Shown here one piece after another: positions 1-15,000 of a stretch of DNA of 64,000 nt. Position 1 is the first letter of the stretch; each line of letters starts with the position of its first letter. Under the pieces are notes generated by a model. That model made no database searches. It saw nothing but the letters and a program-made list of their open reading frames with translations, and was not told the origin of the DNA. The position numbers were made by a program, and so were the translations under genes. This DNA is from Balanoglossus misakiensis (Eukaryota > Animalia > Hemichordata): contig CM082578.2 of assembly GCA_040954595.2 (NCBI GenBank), positions 18,122,728-18,186,727 of the forward strand, in the 5' to 3' direction.

Positions 1-3000
1 TCGTACTGCTCGCAGATGCTTCGGTTGAATTTCCTGCTCGTCACTACTATCTTGTTGATCATGATGCCTGCCAAGTCTCTGGCTCTCTCAACCAACCACT
101 GAAACAATACAAACATGCACTGAGACAATTCTTTGACACGGGCATTTTCAAACACGTTTTTTTCTATTGCAAAGCCATTACTATTCAAGATATGTTCAGA
201 TGTGGATAATTCTCCTCTGATAACTCTCCTATTAAATTTATAAGTCTGACACATCAAACTTTTTAAGTTTTGTTTTATCCATCATCCAACCAGCAATGCA
301 TGAATTTACCACTCCTGGATGAGGGAGAATTAGTCTTGAACTCACCAACCTGTGACAGTGAGATCAGTACCCTAGCCACTACATTATAGTGCCTCCAGAA
401 ATGAAATTGAACTTAACTTTTACATAGACTCGCTTGTTCCTGCAGTACAAGCAAACAAAAGCTTAAGTGACTTACACTGTTGATGTCATTGCAATCCAAC
501 AGAAACAGATGCATGGGTACATAGACAGGCAATGATCCAACCTCCAATGCCATTGTCTTCAATTTCTCAATCTCCCTGACATATTCCCTGAGATGCTGGT
601 CTCTACTGATGAACTTCTCAACTTGAAGGTCAGAATCTTTAGATAGCAGATATGCATATGGTACATACTCCGACTGGTATCTGTAGTCATTCAAAATCAC
701 AGAATATCATTATTTGTAAGACCAGCTTCAAATCAGCAAATGGAAATAAGTTTGCAATTTGATTTAGCATCAACAACTTCACAGACCCCATATTATCAGA
801 TTGTCCATTAGCATATATATTGCTTTTGATCCATGCATTTAATTGATTGATTGAAAAAAAAAATGTGAAGATATGTCTGCTGCCAATAAACTGGCTTACA
901 TAGAACACTGATTACAATGGAATATTTCCATACATTCTAGCAAATCTGTGTGCTTCATAACAGACTGGAATTGTTTGTAATTTTTACCTCCTTGGTCCAC
1001 AGCTGTTTCTTAAGATAACCGTCTTAATTCTGTCCTTTGCTATCTCCACAATTTCCTCGTCTACTTCCACTGTGTTGATGTACTTCACCTTCAGATCTTC
1101 CACTTCTAGGAAGAGCTGGTGCTCGATGTGAGGCAATTTCTCAACGCTGTGTATCATGGTGTAAATGATCTGGTACAATTTCTCAATAATGTTTTCAAAG
1201 GAGGGCGTGAATTTGGTGGTCACTCCATCCATGTGTGGACCCTGTGGTATGGAAAATGAAAAATTATTTGTATATGCTTCTGTTGGAAAAAAAAATTGTT
1301 GTAAAACATTTACAACAAACAGGTGCACACCACCAAAACATTTGCGCTGTTGACAAAGGCTTAATTACAAAACAGAACACTTCACAAATTTGCCCCATCA
1401 GTCATTTAGATAAAGGAGTTCACCCTTTTGAACAACAGGTTATGACATTCTTGTAAGCCTTGCCAGTTGTTAGTTCAAGATTAAACCACTTCCATAAACC
1501 TTTCCCAGATGCATACTTATGGAGAGAAGCTGGAGTCTGGGAAGTCTCATCTATTACATGCAGGGTCTGACCCTGCAGTCTGGAAGCTTACCAACCTCAG
1601 CATTTCTGGGTTGCCAGAGTAACAGGGTTCCTGTCTGGAGTTCTGCAGAAGTTTTTTCAGCCTTCTGTCTGGTCGATTAGTAGGGATTTCCACCCCAGAT
1701 TTTGTCAACAAAGTCGGGTGTTTAACCCCTTGATTCATGACAATGCAGAGTTTTAAATCAGCATTTGTTGGCAAAATTGCAACTTAAGCCACCCATTTCT
1801 TGAATAGAATTCTTGGAATCAAATACCCCCTGTCTCATTTTTATAAAACTTTAAGCCATATTTTAGTACAAATAATATGAAGTTTTAAATTTGACCACAC
1901 GGTGGAAATGGCCAGAGTATGAAATAGTCTCTTCACTACTAATAAAAACACACAATATATCTGACAAAAATAATCATTCTTTGGCATATATGAAATAGGG
2001 AGAATATTTTTTAATTACCACATTGACATTATGTGTGATATTGTGACAACAATGATGCAGCCTGTCTTATGATTTTGCAATAATAATTACTTTTCTTGCA
2101 CAACAGCTAACAAGTAAACATTATTTTTATTTATACTGATAAAGTTTAACACATTTCATGTTGGAGATAGTATATACAAGAATATTTACATGTACATACA
2201 AATTTTATGCAAGTTCTCATTTTAGATTTTTATTCAAAGGATGGAGCCATATTGAATCATACTGGATAACTTGTTATTGACTTTATCATAACCAATCATA
2301 ATTATAAACCAATCAGACAGTTATCAGAAATATGTATTCAAAATTATGTTGCATTGGAAAAGACTGATAAATTCCACACTCACCATGAAAAATGTAATGA
2401 TGTGATCCACAACAGGAAGCCTGTGTGTACAATGGTAGTAATCACCAACGTAGTCATTGCCTTCAGAATACTGCTCCAACAATTCCACTAGGTCGTACAT
2501 TGACCGCCTGACTCCATTACGCAGACAGTTGGACATCAGAGTGGCAACCGAGCCAAAGAAATGATCCATCTGGTTCATTCTTGCCACCTGCCAAAGTGAG
2601 AAACAATATGAATTTAGATCGTGGAACTCTGAAGAATTTTTACAGATTTCACAAGTACATGCATGATTGGTAATGTTTCTGCTAATGATGATGACATGGA
2701 TTATTTGGTGGTGGTGATGATGATGATGAGTTAGAGTTTGATTTACAATTTACACATAATCACAAATATTATTAAATTAACAGACAAAATCAACTTCAAA
2801 ATCATCCACAATATTTAATTTCTGACAGCAAACAAGAATGATAAACTTTGGAATGTGTTTGTTGGAAGTAATATGTGTATTTGCCCGTTCTGCAGAACAT
2901 CAAGTGATTGTGTACATTTTGTAAGGTTGCATAATTCTACAAGAGTTTTCAGTGTAGATGACTTGTTAGTGCTGTGTAAATACAGCTGAGTGATAATGTC

Positions 3001-6000
3001 CAACCTTTAGAGATTATTGACTCCACTGTAAATACCAAACGTCAATTCAGTCTAGTTACAGAATAATCCATATTATGATCAATGACATTATTAGTATTTA
3101 GTATTCCTTTTGAGGACATGTGGGTTACACCCACCAAAATAAAAAACAGTCCGAGCAATTTGTTTTATGGGCGTTTATTATCAAAGCATTGTCGGCTTGC
3201 ATGCGTATTTGGCTTGACCGCAGTCTCCAGACCTTGGTGGGCGAAGATGTTATCAGAGAGGCAGTCATAACGTTTTGCTTGATATTATATTTTCACCAAA
3301 ATAAACATAAATCATGAAGCCTGGGCTTATTATTTTAGTTTCTTTAAATTTATCTTTGATTACTATGATTACTGTTAAAGGAAGGACATTTACTCTATTT
3401 TCGTAAGAAAACACTCTTTGTTTAGCTGGCTAGTCTATTCATATGTTTATAACCTAACTAAAGATAAGATTTGTGAAACAATGTAATATGCAAACTGGAC
3501 ATAGATATGCTAAGTTGATATCACTCTATTAAATTCTTCAGCTGTGTAAAGGGACTGTCACCAAGTTAAATAAAAAATATTTCCGTTTTATAGCAGTATT
3601 TAAATTAATTAGTTAAAAATAGAACATTTCTCCACTTCCATTTTTTGTTTTGCTCACATTCAATACAATGGAAATTTCTTTTCTCAATGGAGTCACCCAA
3701 CCATTGCACTTTCTTTTATATTTGTAGAATTGCTGACTGTCCCTTTGGCACGACTCATACCACAGTGAATACAAGACTACTTTCTGTGTTTACCATCACT
3801 CTTGCATGTCAGAGCTGTACTGAACTCTCACCACAAAAACAGACTTGTTTCACATAAAATAGAGTAGGTCTAAAACTTGAAGTTGTATTGCACTATGCAG
3901 TCAAAATAATATGGGGTATTAGGTTGAACAGGTGTGTGTATTTAATATGTGATCAAACACCACCTTACAAAAAAGTGACATTTTACTGGAAGGGTCATAT
4001 TACCAGTTAGAATTCATTCTGAAATTCACCACTTTATCCGAAAATGACACACAGCCATTTTGCATGTTAAAGGCATAAACATGAGGACATGTTTTTAAAA
4101 ATTACCACTTGGGCAATAAATTACAGTTCAACAACAACAGGTGTCAGCTACTTCAATATGATTACGATTTCCAGGAACCATGAAGGATGGTGTTCTCTGG
4201 GTGTACTATGGATAATGGTTGGATTGAAGGCATGGTATCATTAGTATGGGCAGCTAACACCCCAATGGCTGGCTACAAATCTCCATGCTGTCACGTACAG
4301 CTCTATGTATTAATGCTTTCATCGTATCATTTTGAAATGTTCAGATGGCAGTAAAGGATTTGACAGGGCATGGTTTATTCGTTGCAATTTTATTGATTTT
4401 GATAAGTCTCCTAACCATAGTGTGTCAGTTTCAATCCTTCACTACCTCATAAATCATGATTTTATGTACGTTGAACAGAATTAATACATGATTAATTACA
4501 TCATCAGCCAGCCTTGAGCAAGACTTCCTAGCGCTCGATCACCGGAAACATGAAATGTATGCATAATTATAATAACACACCAACAGGCAAAAATCCCAGA
4601 CTCTTCAATCCAATAACATGTGATAATATATCTCAGCAAATCACAAAACCTGGACAATATGTAATGATATGAGATGCAAAAGTATGAACAAATTCGATCA
4701 TCACCTCATCATTGGGCATCCACTCCTCAATACTCTCTCTGTTGTCATCAATGATGACTGCACATTCCTTCAACCATTCCTGTTTCAGGATTTTTGCTCC
4801 CATTGCACTGGACGTCTTGACATGTTCATGGAATTCCTCTATGGTGATAGGCATAATAGATTTCAGCCCAGCGATATCTATTAACCTAAATGTTGCATAC
4901 CTGGATGCCAAAAAAAAAGAAGATAGATTCAATACTATTAAAATCAGGATAACAAAGTAACCACTGATTGTGTTTTATATATCTGAATATATATCTTTAT
5001 AATTGAGCCGTGCGTGCATTCACTAGGGTGCCAGTACGTATCAATTCCAATATGTTTCTACAAGAGTGCAGAAGGTGGAATCTCTTACAACACTGATTGA
5101 AATGAAACAGATGCATTTTGTTGGAAATTTATATTCATATGCACAATATACTACGCATCAATCAGAATTATCAGCGTATTGCGTCAGAGAAAAAATTTGT
5201 TTGGAGATTCTCTCTGCAATATTCTCTGCAGGTATATGTAATTGATTTTTTGGGTAGTGTGCGTCTTTTATACAAATTGAAGTTTCGTAATCAGCTATTC
5301 AAAACGGGATGAGTGCCTACCCAAGTGTGTATAACATATTGAATTGGGATTTAATGTAAGTATCGTGAATTCAGAGACATTTGAAAAGGAAGGAAAATTT
5401 CCGATTAAACTGGGTGACATAATTATCAGAACTGCATACATGTACACACCTTTCCACAGGTCTGACAGTCTAGCTTGAACAATTTAGCTAATTTGTTCAA
5501 GCTAGGCTCTCAACTTGAAAGAAAAGTGGCTTTAACCCTTTCACCGCCATGCTTTGGTCCAAATCTTGTTTTCTATGGCAAAGTCGGACCTTTAAAGTGG
5601 GAAATGGGGATGAAAGGATTAAGCAAATTCACATCTACATGTACATGTACATGTACATCACAAACGTTACTGAACAACTTACTTTGTCTCCCATAGATAA
5701 AGAATGGCCGACATAACAGGATGGGTAATATACAACTCTGTTTCCATGAACTGTCTAGCAGCGATTACTGCACTACTCCAGGGAAATCCTTCTCTGCCTG
5801 CAGAGTTGGAGATTTTCTCAGGTAGACGTATCCCGAGACGTTCTTGCTCCTGTTCGTCTTTGAGGACATAGTCTAGCATTGCCTTCTTAACACTTTGTGT
5901 GTAGTGAAACCGCACCTCCTGAAACAGAAATGCCATTGTATGGAATTTATACATTACTGAATCTAGGAAGAAATTCTGCATTCACTCCATGGGAGAGTCT

Positions 6001-9000
6001 GTCACTACTCAGTTAGGGGAGACTACATGTAGTAACTTACTGTCAAACAACTTTTATTGAAACTGACAGTCTGTCGGTTTATATCACAAATATCAGTTGA
6101 TACATCAAAATGCTTTCCTGCTTCAGTTCACCATTTCAGTCTTTGAAGTAGAAAGCACAGCAGAATCAGAGTGCTTACCTCTGTGACATTTTTCACTGCT
6201 TTTCTGAGGTTATCACCTTTCAACGACTTGGGGACCAGGTTCAAACTTCCCTGTACCCACTCTCTACTGAGTGGGGCAACCATGTACGGTTCAATAGAAT
6301 TCTCTATCAGTGAGTAATACCTGTGTTGGAAAGTAAGCATTGACATGTTTAAACTGGTTTGTTTTTATTGGAACAGCATATCTGGTCATACATGTATTTC
6401 ACAGCGTCACTAAAATATTGATGAATGCGGATTTTAAAATATCAATCAAACAAACAGACTCATATAATGAAGTACAAGTACAAAATGCACACACAAACAC
6501 ACACACATGTAATGTGTAAATTAACTTTCATATACAGTATTAGCACTAAATAGCAGGTTATTTTACACCACACTACTGATAAATATCAGTTCTCAGAATA
6601 AGCCAATTTTGCAGTTGACTAATCCTAGCTTTCATGTTCATTGAAATGAGACTGATTACTGAAATTTCTGTCATTACAATCACAAAAGCTAAATCCTATT
6701 TACTAATTAAAAATTCTGACGAAATGTCTACGATTTCACACTTCGCCTGTTTTCTTGAGTAGCTTTAATCTCTTATTTTCTAAACACGGCATAACTGAAT
6801 AAAACATGAAAGACTTGCTCTGACCTTTCTCATTGTTCATTTGACGTTTATCTCTTTTTCTCAGAAGAGTCACAAATGGGGAAATGTATGCTAATGCCAC
6901 CAGTTGCAGGGAAGTATATAATCCCGGAATAATGAACTCAAAGTCAATAAGCAAAGCAGGTTACACATTATCCTACCTGTCTTGATCATCTTCTGTTGGG
7001 GATGTTGGTCTAGAAAGTCCAATAGTAGAAAATGTAGAGGGTGGGAACTCAATACTAAGAACCTCTTCAACTTCATCATCATGTTCTCGGAGTTTGTCAA
7101 TGTTTCTCTTCTGTCTGTTAGATGCAGGTGCGTGTGCTGGGGATACTGGAGGAGAAAAGTGAAATTCAAAGAGACAAGTATTATATCTGCGTGTTATTCA
7201 AAGTAATCAACCTACTGATGACAACACTGATTATGGTACATACACTAAGAAGACACACCTCTACATTGAAAATATAATTATGAATAATATGATCAACAAC
7301 AAAATGTCAGACAGATTCGTTTTTGAAAACATGCAGTACAGATAATGACTTTTCCTTACATTCAGGTTTATGTGTGACAGGTTGAAAGGCATAGACACCA
7401 GAATGGATGTGATGGCCAGTCGATGATGTAACTCCGCTGTCGTACTCCTCTGATAAACTCACAGCACCAGACCTTGTGGAACTAAAAACACCTCCAGTTC
7501 TCGACCCTGGGTGGCCAGGAGTAGGCGTTGGACTCTTGGCAGAGCGTGGATACCCGTTAAGCATGGGTGGGCCATGGTCTCCATTGATGCCGTTTGTGTA
7601 TCTGGGGCTAGACAGTGGAGTAGCACCATTGATTGGAGGCAAGGAGCCAGGCACAGCACTGGAACTTGTCTGAGTTGAGGTGCTGTTTCCGCTGATCACA
7701 GAACCGTGAGTTGCCTGGACACTAACCGAGTCCTTGGATTTGTGCGGCGAAAGTCCAACCAGAGAACTGAAAATGCAAAGAATCGGAATTTCAAACAATG
7801 CTACACCAGACGCTACTTCTATGATACAATTTGATAATTATGATATGTGAACTTCAAATGAATAAATGTTCATTTTCGGTTGATATGAATGAGAATAGCC
7901 GAATTCCATGAAACATATGAGTGGTTTGATTTTTTTATGAAGGGGTTGAAACCACTTGAAATATTTTATTCACACTTGTAAATACATTTATGTGTGTGCT
8001 CGTGATGAAAGTGAATCAGTGAAAACTACAAGTGTGTGAATATGATGGTGAACGTGAGCCGGTTCCAAAGTGATAGACATGTGCACTTGGTAATTTATTA
8101 AAGTGGGTAATTGACATTGTGCACATTTGCTTAATTTGGGTGATATGTGTATGTGCACATCAATCACACAAAAATACACACACCAAACTTGGAATCTAGG
8201 GTGGAAAAATAAGAAAAGCAATTGTTCAACTTGAGAGGCACTTAATTCACAATATCATCACTACAAGTGATCAATGAGCTGCTTTCAACCAGGCTTGGGT
8301 TTCAGTCAAAGCATGTTAGTTTGCATATATCTGCAGGAATATATCGCTTCTGGGGTGAATCAATATATTAGTGCATACTCCAGTGAACACTGAAAACTGT
8401 TGCGTGAGAAGAATACAATGGGTCTCCCCATTGAATGTGTGCTGAGCAAGCAGATCGTATTGCCAGCTAAGACAGGATGGGAAAGGGCAGGTGAAACTGC
8501 AAATTTTATTTACTGGGGGAGTGAAAATAGTGCATGCAACAGTGCTGTTCCAGTTACCTTCCTCTATATCTGTGTGTATGTGCTCTTAGTATCAATAGTC
8601 TGAGCAAAGAACAAAACACATGTCATGAAAATGTTCGGCAGATAAACATCCACACGCAATGCAATTAGTATAAAATCCCTGCCATAAAGCACTACGCAGT
8701 CTGTGTCTGGTTGACATACTAGCATTATACACTAATACAGGACACAGGACAGTGACTGTAAATGAATCATGTACCAGTTAGTGTACTGTAATATGCTGTC
8801 AATGATAAGGGACCGACATAGAGGTGTGTTTGTTGTGAACAATCCACAGTAACAACTGTTGTTTTGGATGCACAGGAATTTCAACTTGACATGATTCTTG
8901 AATGCCTTCACTCAGACGAACATTAATTTAATTAAAATCTCCAGGGCGTGTCTATGTACCGGTAGTCCTTAGTTTCAAACGTAAACTTGATAAGTGTCAC

Positions 9001-12000
9001 ACTCTGACTTATTGAGAGACCTCTTAACATTAAAGTAGGATTTCTACCAAAACATAAAACACTGACCACAACTCGAAACTATCTGCAAACTCTGACTGTA
9101 TTTGTTTAATTATCTACTTCTTTCTAAGTAGAAGTCCATAAAAATGAGATTACAGCACATTCACCTCTTTCTGGGTGGGCTTCTGTTTCCAGATTTGGGT
9201 CGTTCCAATGGAGATGAACTGGTGCCACTGACATAGCCACTTGGGGATGATACATTGTGTATGGAAAGAATGGTTTCTTCATGGTGTGTGTGTTCTGAAG
9301 GAAAAGCAAAGGTTAACAAACGTGTTACATTCAATTATCATCTTTATAATAAAAAGAGGACAATATTAAAGACTGCAAATTACACAGTAACCACAACAAC
9401 AAAAGAGAAGCAACATCGAAATTTATCATCAATAGTAGTCAGGCTTGGGATCTTTCTACAATAACAAATACAGGCATCAGAGAAAAAAGTTAACTGTGCT
9501 GCTATACACGACATAAATACAAATGTGAAACATAGTTTGGATATGTATTCTTTGGTATCTTTTCTCCTTTCTTTCTTTCCTTTGTAAAATTTTTCTCTTA
9601 GTTATATTTATGAGATTTACAGTGTTTGTAATTACCATATTTATGGAAAATACAGAAATTTTATAAAGTTTTTAATGGTAATAAAGGCACACATTACATC
9701 AAATCCTAGACCATTCATTTTCATTCATTGAATACCATACATAGTTCACTCATTCTCAAAAACAGTGTATAAGATATAAGAATAAAAAATGTTTATAGTG
9801 CAAATATTATGACGAAGTGAATAGTCATATTTATGACAGGAGATTATTAGACTTAGAAACTGCAAGAACTAAAAGCATATTATTTTATTAGATATTCATT
9901 GCCAACAACAGCAAGTAATGCAAACTGCAGATGTCATTACTATTATTGATCTGAAGTGTGATTATAATGTTATGTGTTAATTTTGTATTAAAAGAAAATG
10001 CAATATGCTACAGTTTATTTCCCCCCTCACACTAAATTCGCTATTCAAATATTACTCTTCTGTCAATGAACAAGTCAAAGTGGAATTGCTATATTTTAAA
10101 AGTTGGCAAAATGTATCACAGCAAATAGTTTTCCAATTTATAGTGCAGAGATAAACAATTTATTTCACAGTTGCTTGGTAACAAATGTTGGTACAAAAAA
10201 CCTCAAGCCGCCCCTCCCCCCACAAAATATGAAATGGGTTACCCCTTATGTCTTAAGATATGCAGATGACACCCGATACGTGACTGCGCGAGAAATGTAG
10301 AGTGGGTTTATTTTTTCTAGAAAACAATCCCACCTTCAGGAAATGTTCTCTTATTTCAAAAATATCAGTAAATTACCTTCTTTTACAGCAAAATTCTGTG
10401 AGCAGACCTACAGAGATCCAACCTCTTCGAACAGTTATGTTGACCTTTGACCTATCGTCCTTGAAATCTTAGTTTATATATTCACCCAAAAAAATCCACA
10501 TAAAGTGTCTCCTAATCTACCAATCGTTACATTAGAGCGACGTGAATATATCTCAAAATATATTCTGTATTAAAATATATGAAATATAATATTTTTGTTC
10601 TGAGAATACTGAGTCACATGTAGGATGAATAGCCGCGCTGAAAATAACTTTTCCCTAGCAGACTACATTCACATTGTCGTCTGCAAGTTTTACTGATCTT
10701 TTGAATGTGTCTACGTACGTACGTACGTACGCGTACATCGCACAAGCATCGCGGCTGTGCGGGGGAATGCGGCATGGTGTGCAATGTGCGTCTTTGTGCA
10801 TCACGAACGGGGGAAAAACTATCTGTCGTTGATCCCCCCCCCTCCCCCTCCCCCCACCCCCACCACCACCATATTGATTATTGGGCCTTACATGTTTCGT
10901 TATTTGAAAGTGGCACATTGTAATTATGTATATTGCATTTTCTCGCTTCTGTCAGTGATTGGATTAAATTTAGAAATTATTGATACATAATTTATGTTCT
11001 GCTCTATTATTGGTTTATACCATTCATCTCACACCTTGTAATTGTATGTGGATATGACAACACAATTTTCTATATGAACCTCAATTTAAATGGTAGAAGT
11101 ATTCTTACATTTTATAGAAACGTTTTCACTTCCTGTATTGAGTGACCAAAAGTTTCCAAAAACCATAGTTGCTAGCATGGTCATGTAATTAATGAGAAGG
11201 GATAATCCCCCAGATTGAACTCTATGACCGCCATAAAATAACTTGTAAAGGTTACACTGTACTACTTGTGTACAGGCTATGGCTCAAAGTAACTGTAGCC
11301 AGAGAATACATGGTTGTCAAGTTAGAAGTAAACAATACAGCACCAGCTTTAGCGCTTGACAGGTTCACCATGTGCTAGTAACAAGAGATCAACCTTTGAT
11401 ATTTGAAACAAAAGAAAGATTAGGGATTTTCCTGTTATTTAACAGGTAGTGCAGTAATTGTTCATTAGGCTTTGCACCCAGTTTAACCTCGACCATCTTT
11501 TGTTATGATCAAAACAATAGGGCTCAATGTGCAGTATTACGTCATTTTAAAGTACCTTAAATATGATGTGATTATACTAGACAAAAATCATTGCTCATTA
11601 TAGTAGATAGATAAATAAATAAGATAATAATTTAGATTATTATACTAGTGTGGAGAACAAAAGAAATATCCTGTAAGCCAGACAACATTACAATTACATA
11701 ATAACAAAAAAGTAAACAAAGTACGAGTTATCAAATTTCAAATTATCTGAGGCCGTAAAAACACTTTCTTTAACATCACACATATATATGTATAGCTGAC
11801 TCAGCCGTACAATGGTTTACTTACCAAGTTTCCTTGTAATGTCATAAATATAGGATGTAGTGAGATTTCTTGCTGTTGGGCTGTAGTTGTTGGCTATGGA
11901 GTCACTCACATGACGACAAAACTTCTGTTCCTTGAAAGGTGCAGCTTGGGTCCATGAACCACGCTGGAGTATCTTGGGTTTTTCACTAAATGCAGGCTTT

Positions 12001-15000
12001 AATACAAAGACAAGAAAACTGCGTAAGTATCTTACTGATAAAAAATCCTCAGAAATTCTTATATTATTTAGCACAGTGCGCATCCAAAATATGATCTACA
12101 CGTACTAAGATTTGGTTGGCATAGTGACTGAACTGTTACCGTAATCTTGTGGACTTGAACTAGAGAACCTAGACAGGAATCTTTTAGCTTTCAGTGATTC
12201 AGCATTGGGTGATAGTTCAAATTTTTGTGTTTATTCTCCTTGTAAGGCCTTTTAGTCTAACATTTATCTCAGACGTATGTGTATTTGACGTATCTGTTTG
12301 CAGCCCAGGGAGGGGATTGTGAATTTGCTGCTGTGCAACGCAAGAGTCTCCAGTTTCCAGGGATGAAATGTTTGCTCAGACTCTGGACGGAAAGCCAAGA
12401 TTGGGTGAGGAAATTGAAATTGTTGGCTGTATCCATAAATGTATTTGTAGCCAATCTGTGAAAAAAAACTGTTGGACTTGTAAAGTTTAAACCGGACTGT
12501 GTTTAAACAGAAAAAAAGAGAATAATTATCAAATTAGTTTAACTGTCCGCCTTTCATCAAGTTGTGTTGATAGTTTAACTGTGCTTCTTTGTTACCTGTT
12601 GTTTGCCATTCTATTTATTAAGATTAGTTCAGCTTAATTAACAGCCTTGCCCACTTTTTGTTGCCAAAGATAACTGCTACAAGTGGCATTTAGAAGCAAG
12701 TTAAAATTGACATAACAACTGTGCACTGACCACTACTTATTCTCATGTAAATTGTATGCATCCACAATGTTGACACACCATCTTGACAAATACAGGTTGC
12801 TCTGCAACCAGCATCAAACAAGACAGCTATTATAGAACTATATCCCTTTTTTTTCATGCACACCTCTTTCTGTTGAATGCAACAGTTAAAAGTAAGAAGC
12901 TTAATCATATGTGAAATCAGATGTCCAGTCAATATCTCCCTGGAATTAGTGTCTGAATTCATTAAGTGGTAAGAACAATGGCAATTCTATTAAAAATATG
13001 CTGGTGATGGTTTTGTTTTCTACCAGTTTGAAATGTCAACACAGACAATTGTGTAAGCTTGTTGAGGGCTGGTTGCTGAGAAGGCATTCAAGTGTCTTGG
13101 GCACAAAAATTACATGTATGTTGATAAGAGTAAGTCTCTGAGTTCTCTCTCCCAGCAATGAAGGGGTGGTGGTGGCTTGTGAATTGTTGCAACACCAAAG
13201 TTACATTAGGGGAGTTGTCAGAGAAACAGAGACCATTTTTGACAAATTTGAATTTAAAAGGACAAATAGCTTGCCATCTCACTTAGCCACAACCTGCAGT
13301 ACATAATGTAGCAACCAAAAGAAATAACTTAGCTCATTTCTCAAATTATATTATGTTCCCTGCAGTGTATTACATTCTAATTAATACTCAGAATAATTTC
13401 ATATCATGATGGTCAAACAGGTCATCAAAAAACAGGTTTACTACAATAGGTATGTCATCATGAAATACACGATGTTCCTATAAAGCAGTACCCATACTTT
13501 ATTAAATTTACTGAAATCATGATAATAATTTAGTTTAAACAAATCATGAATTCCCTCTGAAATATGATTTACATTTTGTTTTAGATTTATGAGAACGAAC
13601 AACATGCATTTACAATTTGTTTTCATCTTTAATGGAAAAAGTGAAGAATGAATTGTACACACTACAAAGTATGTTTGACACCACTCAACAATTCACAGCA
13701 CTTGTGCCAATACATGTACAGACTGGATAGTCTCCATGTTGGCAATTAACTTGCACAAGTCCATACTTCAGTTTATTGCCTGGAGATATTTTTGGAATGG
13801 TTTAAAGACAGGAAAAGGTTGACCTGTTTTCTGTTCTGTTGTTCAACTTGTCCGGGCATTTTATTCTTTCCTTACAAAGTGAAGTATATTTAGTTAGGCC
13901 TTCAGGAATTAAACCACAATAGTGGTCAAAATAGCTCAGAACTGCAGTTTATACTTCTCAGTTTCCCAGTTACGAGTTACCGACAATTCTAGCAACAAAA
14001 TAAATGAGAATCCAATTACAAAATAGCTGTAATATCTCAAAATTGAGTCCACACTCCTAAGTTCCCGAGTAACAAATTGCAGACAGCTCTGGCAACGATA
14101 ATAATACCTGGAATTTGGCGTTGAAATCTAAGCGATCAGTGGTGGGATCAGAGTGTAGGCAGGAGGGTTGAAGATAATAGGAACTAATGCACTCTCATGG
14201 TAAATGTTTTCTTTCCCTCCTTCACAGAGAAATTCTTGGTCCCTTGATGAATAGACCAGTGCACACACAGACAGAGACACTGGAGCAGTGTGGAAATGTT
14301 ATAACAAACAGCAAGTCTATCTGTGCGGTGGGTATTGTCAACATATTGTCAAGTGTTAGAATTGATGCTTGCATTTTTGTGATGCCCATGGACAGAAGCA
14401 TGCTTTTCTTTTGGCTGACATTTACATGTACATAGGAATGATCTTGGTATTATCTTGAAATAGGCAGATACCAGATGAATTACAATAGCTATCCAGTGCT
14501 ATTCACTGTTACAGCAACCTGTGTGTGTACAGAGGTTTTTGTTGAAACCTTTAAGGGGATTACCTGCTATGTATTCAGTCAGAATTTTGGTGTTGAGATG
14601 TCAAGTTGCAGTTTTGTGATCAGGATTTTAGTAGTGAAATTATATATTTCATACAAATGTTTAATTGAAAGGTTTGTTGAATTTTCCACATATGAATACG
14701 CTGTGTTGCTTGGCTAGTCTGAAACATTCAGCTTTTTTACATCGTGGCCTCCTTATCACAAAAAGCCTAAGAAGTGCTTCCCTATTATGTATGCAAACAC
14801 TGAGAACATGATCTTAAAAAGGCAAATTTTCTTCTCTATCCATTTGTTTTCTTCAGGTATAAAGTCACTTGCTTTTAGAATCAATATAATTTAAATGTCT
14901 GGGACATGCATATCTGACTTTATGTACCTATTAAAGACTTGTAAAGATTTAAGAGATGACATTTTGTTTCACGATAATGTTTTAACTACTTTACATTATA

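Noticed and set aside
325-396. tRNA gene
   Set aside because: A/B-box-like motifs are present but no cloverleaf forms; treated as a SINE relic.
1559-1577. Perfect 9-bp inverted repeat TGCAGGGTC-T-GACCCTGCA
   Set aside because: Single short instance with no TSD and no proper nuclear-receptor half-site arrangement.
2187-6031. Recurrent TACATGTA palindrome (e.g. 2187, 5636, 6024 and many later sites)
   Set aside because: A dispersed short word with no spacing regularity, familiar as background in marine invertebrate genomes; not a CRISPR-like array.
12269-12455. Strong minus-strand acceptor at 12456 as a possible extra dynein exon
   Set aside because: No consensus donor in the required phase, and the 16014->11996 junction already keeps the frame.
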